A DNA stretch of 64,000 nt from Ostreococcus lucimarinus (lineage: Eukaryota): NCBI GenBank assembly GCA_000092065.1, contig CP000594.1. One strand, given 5' to 3'. Below, piece after piece: positions 60,586 to 64,000 of this stretch. Position 1 is the first letter of the stretch. The number at the start of each line of letters is the position of its first letter. A program made the position numbers and the translations under genes. The notes beneath the pieces were generated by a model. It saw only the letters and a program-made list of their open reading frames with translations. It made no database searches and was not told the DNA's origin.

Positions 60586-61182
60586 ATGTACCACGTCCTC
60601 ATCGCCGCTTTCGCCACCTGCGTCGCGTGCGAGCTCTTCGAGACCGAGAAAATCTACGCCACCGATGATTACGCGATCGCCAAGCGTCGCATCGAGCTCG
60701 CGCGCGAGCGCATCGCCGTCGCCGAGGCTCAAGTTCGCGAAAAAGGCGAACGGAAGAGCGCGCGTTTGGAGCAAGCGCAAGTCGCGCTCGTGCACGCCGA
60801 GCAAAAGATGAAACAGATGTGCATGGCCACGGGACGGACGTTCATGATCGTTACGTTCATCGGCGCCACGGCGGTCAGATGGTACTACTCGTACCCCGAA
60901 CAAAAGACTGGGTTCCGACTGCCGTTCGCCGCGCCGATGCGCTGGGCGCTCGGAACTGGCGAAGACGAACGCGATTTAAATCCCACCGCGGCGTATTTCA
61001 TCGTGACGTATCTCTGGCGCGTGGTGTTCGGGGATGTGCTGGGGCGTAAGACGAGACAGATCGAGGCGTATTGGAGCACAAAGGACACGGAACGTTACAT
61101 GGCCGCGCATCGACAAACCTTCAACTCGTTGACTCGCGACTCTACGATGGCGGTGGCGCCAAAGGTGAAGAAAATGCGATGA
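60586..61182 (+). CDS. TMCO1: TMCO1-like ER calcium-load-activated channel (DUF841/EMC3-Oxa1 superfamily)
   Basis: N-terminal TM, long charged coiled-coil helix, then GRTFMIVTFIGAT...GFRLPFAAPMRWALGTGEDERDLNPTAAYFIVTYL paralleling human TMCO1 ...VAKLPFTPLSYIQGLSHRNLLGDDTTDCSFIFLYIL. Confidence 0.6.
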   Translation: MYHVLIAAFATCVACELFETEKIYATDDYAIAKRRIELARERIAVAEAQVREKGERKSARLEQAQVALVHAEQKMKQMCMATGRTFMIVTFIGATAVRWYYSYPEQKTGFRLPFAAPMRWALGTGEDERDLNPTAAYFIVTYLWRVVFGDVLGRKTRQIEAYWSTKDTERYMAAHRQTFNSLTRDSTMAVAPKVKKMR

Positions 61183-61272
61183 TCACGAACGCGTGTGATA
61201 GATTAGTAGATAGTTTTGTAGCCAGTTGAGCGCTTATTATTACATACGGCTTGGGAAAGGGGGAACAAATTA

Positions 61273-63211
61273 TCAATCCTTGTCGAAGGAGGAGCTCACG
61301 GAGATTTCGCGTGAATCGTACTGGTCCAAATCGTCCGTGGGGTCGGCTTGAAGCAAGCTCGCGAATTCGTCCATGTCGATTTTACCGTTACCATCGATAT
61401 CAGCCTCACGGATACACGCCTTGACGATGGCGGCGCGAACTGAATCGTTTGATTCGCTTGACTCTTCGAAAATCAATTGCGCCACTTCCTCGGCGTCAAT
61501 TTGACCGCTATTGTCCTTGTCGAGAATGTTGAACGCACGCTCGACCCACTTGGGGTACTCACTCGTCTGTTCAATCTTTTCCCAATCCAACAGCGCGGCG
61601 ATGAATTCGTTGACATCAATCAAACCGTCGCCAGACGTGTCCAACGAACCTAAGAGCTGCTTGCTCTCTCGCCCTGTGACGTCGTATCCAATCTCCCTCA
61701 ACCCCACCTCGAGCTCGCCGAGCTCGGACCATGTTATCACCTGAAGTGTCCAACTTCGCGAACAATGCTTTCAAGGTCTCGATGTCCGCATCTCGGGCTT
61801 GGGACAACGTCTTGATGTCGTCTTCGTCCTCGCTCAAGAGTTCTCGGGCGATGAGCCTGAGCACCGAACGCTTGAGCAAACCTTGAGTGGCGAAACGCTG
61901 CAGTCGAGCGACGACTTGACCGTCCAACGCGGAATCCTGCCCCTTTGCTGCCTTTGCCTTCCAACTCGCCGACGTCTGCGTGAGCCAGGGGTGAAGGAGC
62001 GCAGCGCGAGCTATCGGTCGGGCTTCAGGATCGCGATCGAGTAGTTTGCGCACAAAATCCTTCGCCTCGTCGCTCACTTGGGACCAGGGATCGGACTCGA
62101 GGTCAACTTCGTCCTCAAGAATAGCCCTAAACACTTCCTTGGCGTTCGGTCGAGCGTTGACTTTATCGATGAAAGGCAGACGCCCGCTCAAAAGTTGATA
62201 GGCGACGACGCCGGCGGACCACACATCGGCTTGACTGCCGTAGTTGCGTTCAATCACCTCGGGTGCCATGTAGCTCGGCGTTCCACATCGGCGCGCGAGC
62301 ACTTCTCCTTTGGGGGGCAATTTACCCGCCAAACCGAAATCCGTGGCTTTGAGAGGCGAGTCGTCATCTTCGGTTTGGAACAAAAAGTTATCCGGTTTGA
62401 TGTCGCGATAGATAATCCCCCGACTGTGGCATTGCACCGCCGTCCGCAGCACGCTCTTCACCAATTGCGCCGCCTTTTGCTCGCGATAATCATTAGAATC
62501 GTTCATAGAGATGCGATCGAGCAACTCTCCGCCCGAGCACAACTCCATGAGAAGATGTACGCACTCGTCGTCTTCAAACGCGTCGTAAAGGTACACCACG
62601 CTCAACGAAGCTCCGATGGTTTGCATCACCTCCACCTCGTTCCTCAGCTTGCCGTGATAATACTGCACCGCCGCTTTCGATGCCGGCGCAGTCTTCCACG
62701 GCGCCTTCTTCAGCGTCTTCAACGCGAACGCCTCCCCGGTTTTCTTGCTCGTCGCCTTGCGCACGACGCCGTACGACCCCGCCCCCAGCGGCTCCTCATC
62801 CAAGCTCGGCACGTCGTACAGCTCGTGCAGATCCCTACGAAACCCAAAATCTGGTTTTAACTCTTCATTCGTGAAATCATCGAACGGACTATCGATCGTA
62901 TCCGCCACCTTCGGCGCCGGTCGTCTTCGCTCGCTCGGCGTCGCGCTCTTCTTCTTCTTCCCGCCCGCGCTCGCCTTCCCCTTCGACCCTTTATCGTCAT
63001 TCTTCGCCAACCAATCGCTCAGAAACCCTCGTCGCACGACCTCTACCCCTCGTCGCGCGTCCGCGTCGCGTCGCGCGAGCCGCGTCGCCGCCGTCGACCG
63101 ACCGCGCGCTTTATCTTCCCTTTTCCAACTTCCACCCCTCGCGATCGCGCGCGCGACCGCCGACGCCCGCGTCGTCGTCGCGCACCGCGTCGTCGTCATC
63201 TCGCACGACAT
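61273..63211 (-). CDS. Calcium-dependent protein kinase (CDPK: Ser/Thr kinase domain, junction, four EF-hands); ORF split by an apparent frameshift at about 61730-61745 inside EF-hand 1
   Basis: Kinase subdomains LGAGSYGVVRKA...ALKTL, HSRGIIYRDIKPDNFLF, DFGLA, GTPSYMAPE, DVWSAGV in ORF 61616..63211. ORF 61273..61740 (adjacent frame) has ITWSELGELEVGL plus EF loops DTSGDGLIDVNEF, DKDNSGQIDAEEV, DIDGNGKIDMDEF. The first loop DTSGDN is cut by the frame change. Confidence 0.8.
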
Positions 63212-63335
63212 TCGCGGCCGTCCGAGCTCGCGCTTCGCCCGCCGCGCGTCGCGCTTTCGCGTTTTCGTCGATTTCGCGCGTCGTCCCGATCGCGCGGTCG
63301 GTCGACGTCATCACATCGCGTCGTCGCGCGCCGCC

Positions 63336-64000
63336 ATGGGCGCGTCGCACAGCGCCGAAGCGGCGATCATCGACGGTAAGACGATCGCGTCGACGATTCG
63401 CGCGGAGATCAAGGGCGAAGTCGACGCGCTGCGCGCGAAGCACGGTAAAGTTCCGGGACTCGCGGTGGTCATCGTGGGCGATCGCAAGGACTCGCAGACG
63501 TACGTCCGCATGAAGCGCAAGGCGTGCGAAGAGGCGGGCATCGAGAGCTTTCACGCCGAACTCCCGGCGAGCGCGAGCGAGGCGGAGGTGCTGGCGACGG
63601 TGCGGAAGTTTAACGCGGACGCGCGCGTGCACGGGATACTGGTGCAGCTGCCGCTGCCGAAAGGGATGAACGAGGAGCGCGTCCCTGGCGGAGATATCGC
63701 TCGAGAAAGACGTCGACGGGTTTCATCCGGAGAATATCGGGAAGCTGGCGATGAAGGGACACGAACCGCTGTTTGCGCCGTGCACGCCGAAGGGGTGCGT
63801 GGAGCTGCTGAAGCGAAACGGGACGGTGTTATCCGGAAAGAACGCCGTCGTCGTCGGACGATCAAACATCGTCGGCATGCCGGCGGCGATGCTTTTGATG
63901 AAGGAAGATTGTACCGTAACCGTGGTGCACTCTAAGACGCGGGATCCGAAGAGAATCTGCCGCGAAGCCGACGTCATCGTCGCGGCGTGCGGGAGCGCGG
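63336..64000 (+). CDS. Methylenetetrahydrofolate dehydrogenase/cyclohydrolase (FolD/MTHFD-type), 3' partial; apparent +1 frameshift at the CCC run about 63683-63686
   Basis: ATG in GCCGCCATGG context; AAIIDGKTIASTIRAEIKGEV, PGLAVVIVGDRKDSQTYVRMKRKACEEAGI, HGILVQLPLPKG in the ORF frame. After GTC-CCT the conserved continuation LAEISLEKDVDGFHPENIGKL...GKNAVVVGRSNIVGMPAAMLL...VTVVHSKT is in the +1 frame. Confidence 0.8.

Noticed and set aside
1-64000. Prokaryotic-type defence/biosynthetic system, CRISPR array or mobile element
   Set aside because: No direct repeats with spacers, no transposase/integrase/reverse-transcriptase ORFs, and no inverted terminal repeats. Genes are eukaryotic (spliced r-protein genes, RPA70, WDR48, ATG101, tRNA with Pol III terminator), so an operon-style system is not supported.

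Overview
The window is a high-GC (about 60-70% outside a few genes), gene-dense nuclear region of a eukaryote, most plausibly a Micromonas-like prasinophyte green alga. That placement is an inference from nuclear genes for plastid proteins (PsaH, CSP41b, plastid S5, SQD2, RbcX) sitting beside core eukaryotic genes (RPA70, RPL5, RPL27a, SAM synthetase, WDR48, EMC6, ATG101). I support about 40 protein-coding genes and one Pol III tRNA-Ser(AGA) gene. Several genes carry single short 5'-proximal introns (194-438 nt) with GTGCGT/GTACGT-type donors, which I reconstructed by hand for psaH, RPL5, RPL27a and RPA70. There are no CRISPR arrays, no obvious transposons and no prokaryotic-style system. Many long ORFs in the supplied track are Arg/Ala-rich antisense artefacts of GCG-rich DNA and were discarded. 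The most interesting observations are three domain fusions: a CinA-C/PncC-like plus NadD/NMNAT-like protein, an SQD2 sulfolipid synthase with a C-terminal DedA/TVP38 membrane domain, and an NAD kinase with an N-terminal PFA-DSP phosphatase-like domain. Also notable are a loose neighbourhood of NAD-metabolism genes, a 3288-aa G8/PbH1 fibrocystin-like gene of clearly lower GC whose 3' end overlaps a C-terminally truncated amidohydrolase ORF, three conserved genes (MFS transporter, CDPK, MTHFD) interrupted by apparent +/-1 frameshifts, and several near-zero intergenic spacers. My character-level coordinates may be off by 1-2 nt; where I re-derived them from the ORF track they are exact relative to that track.
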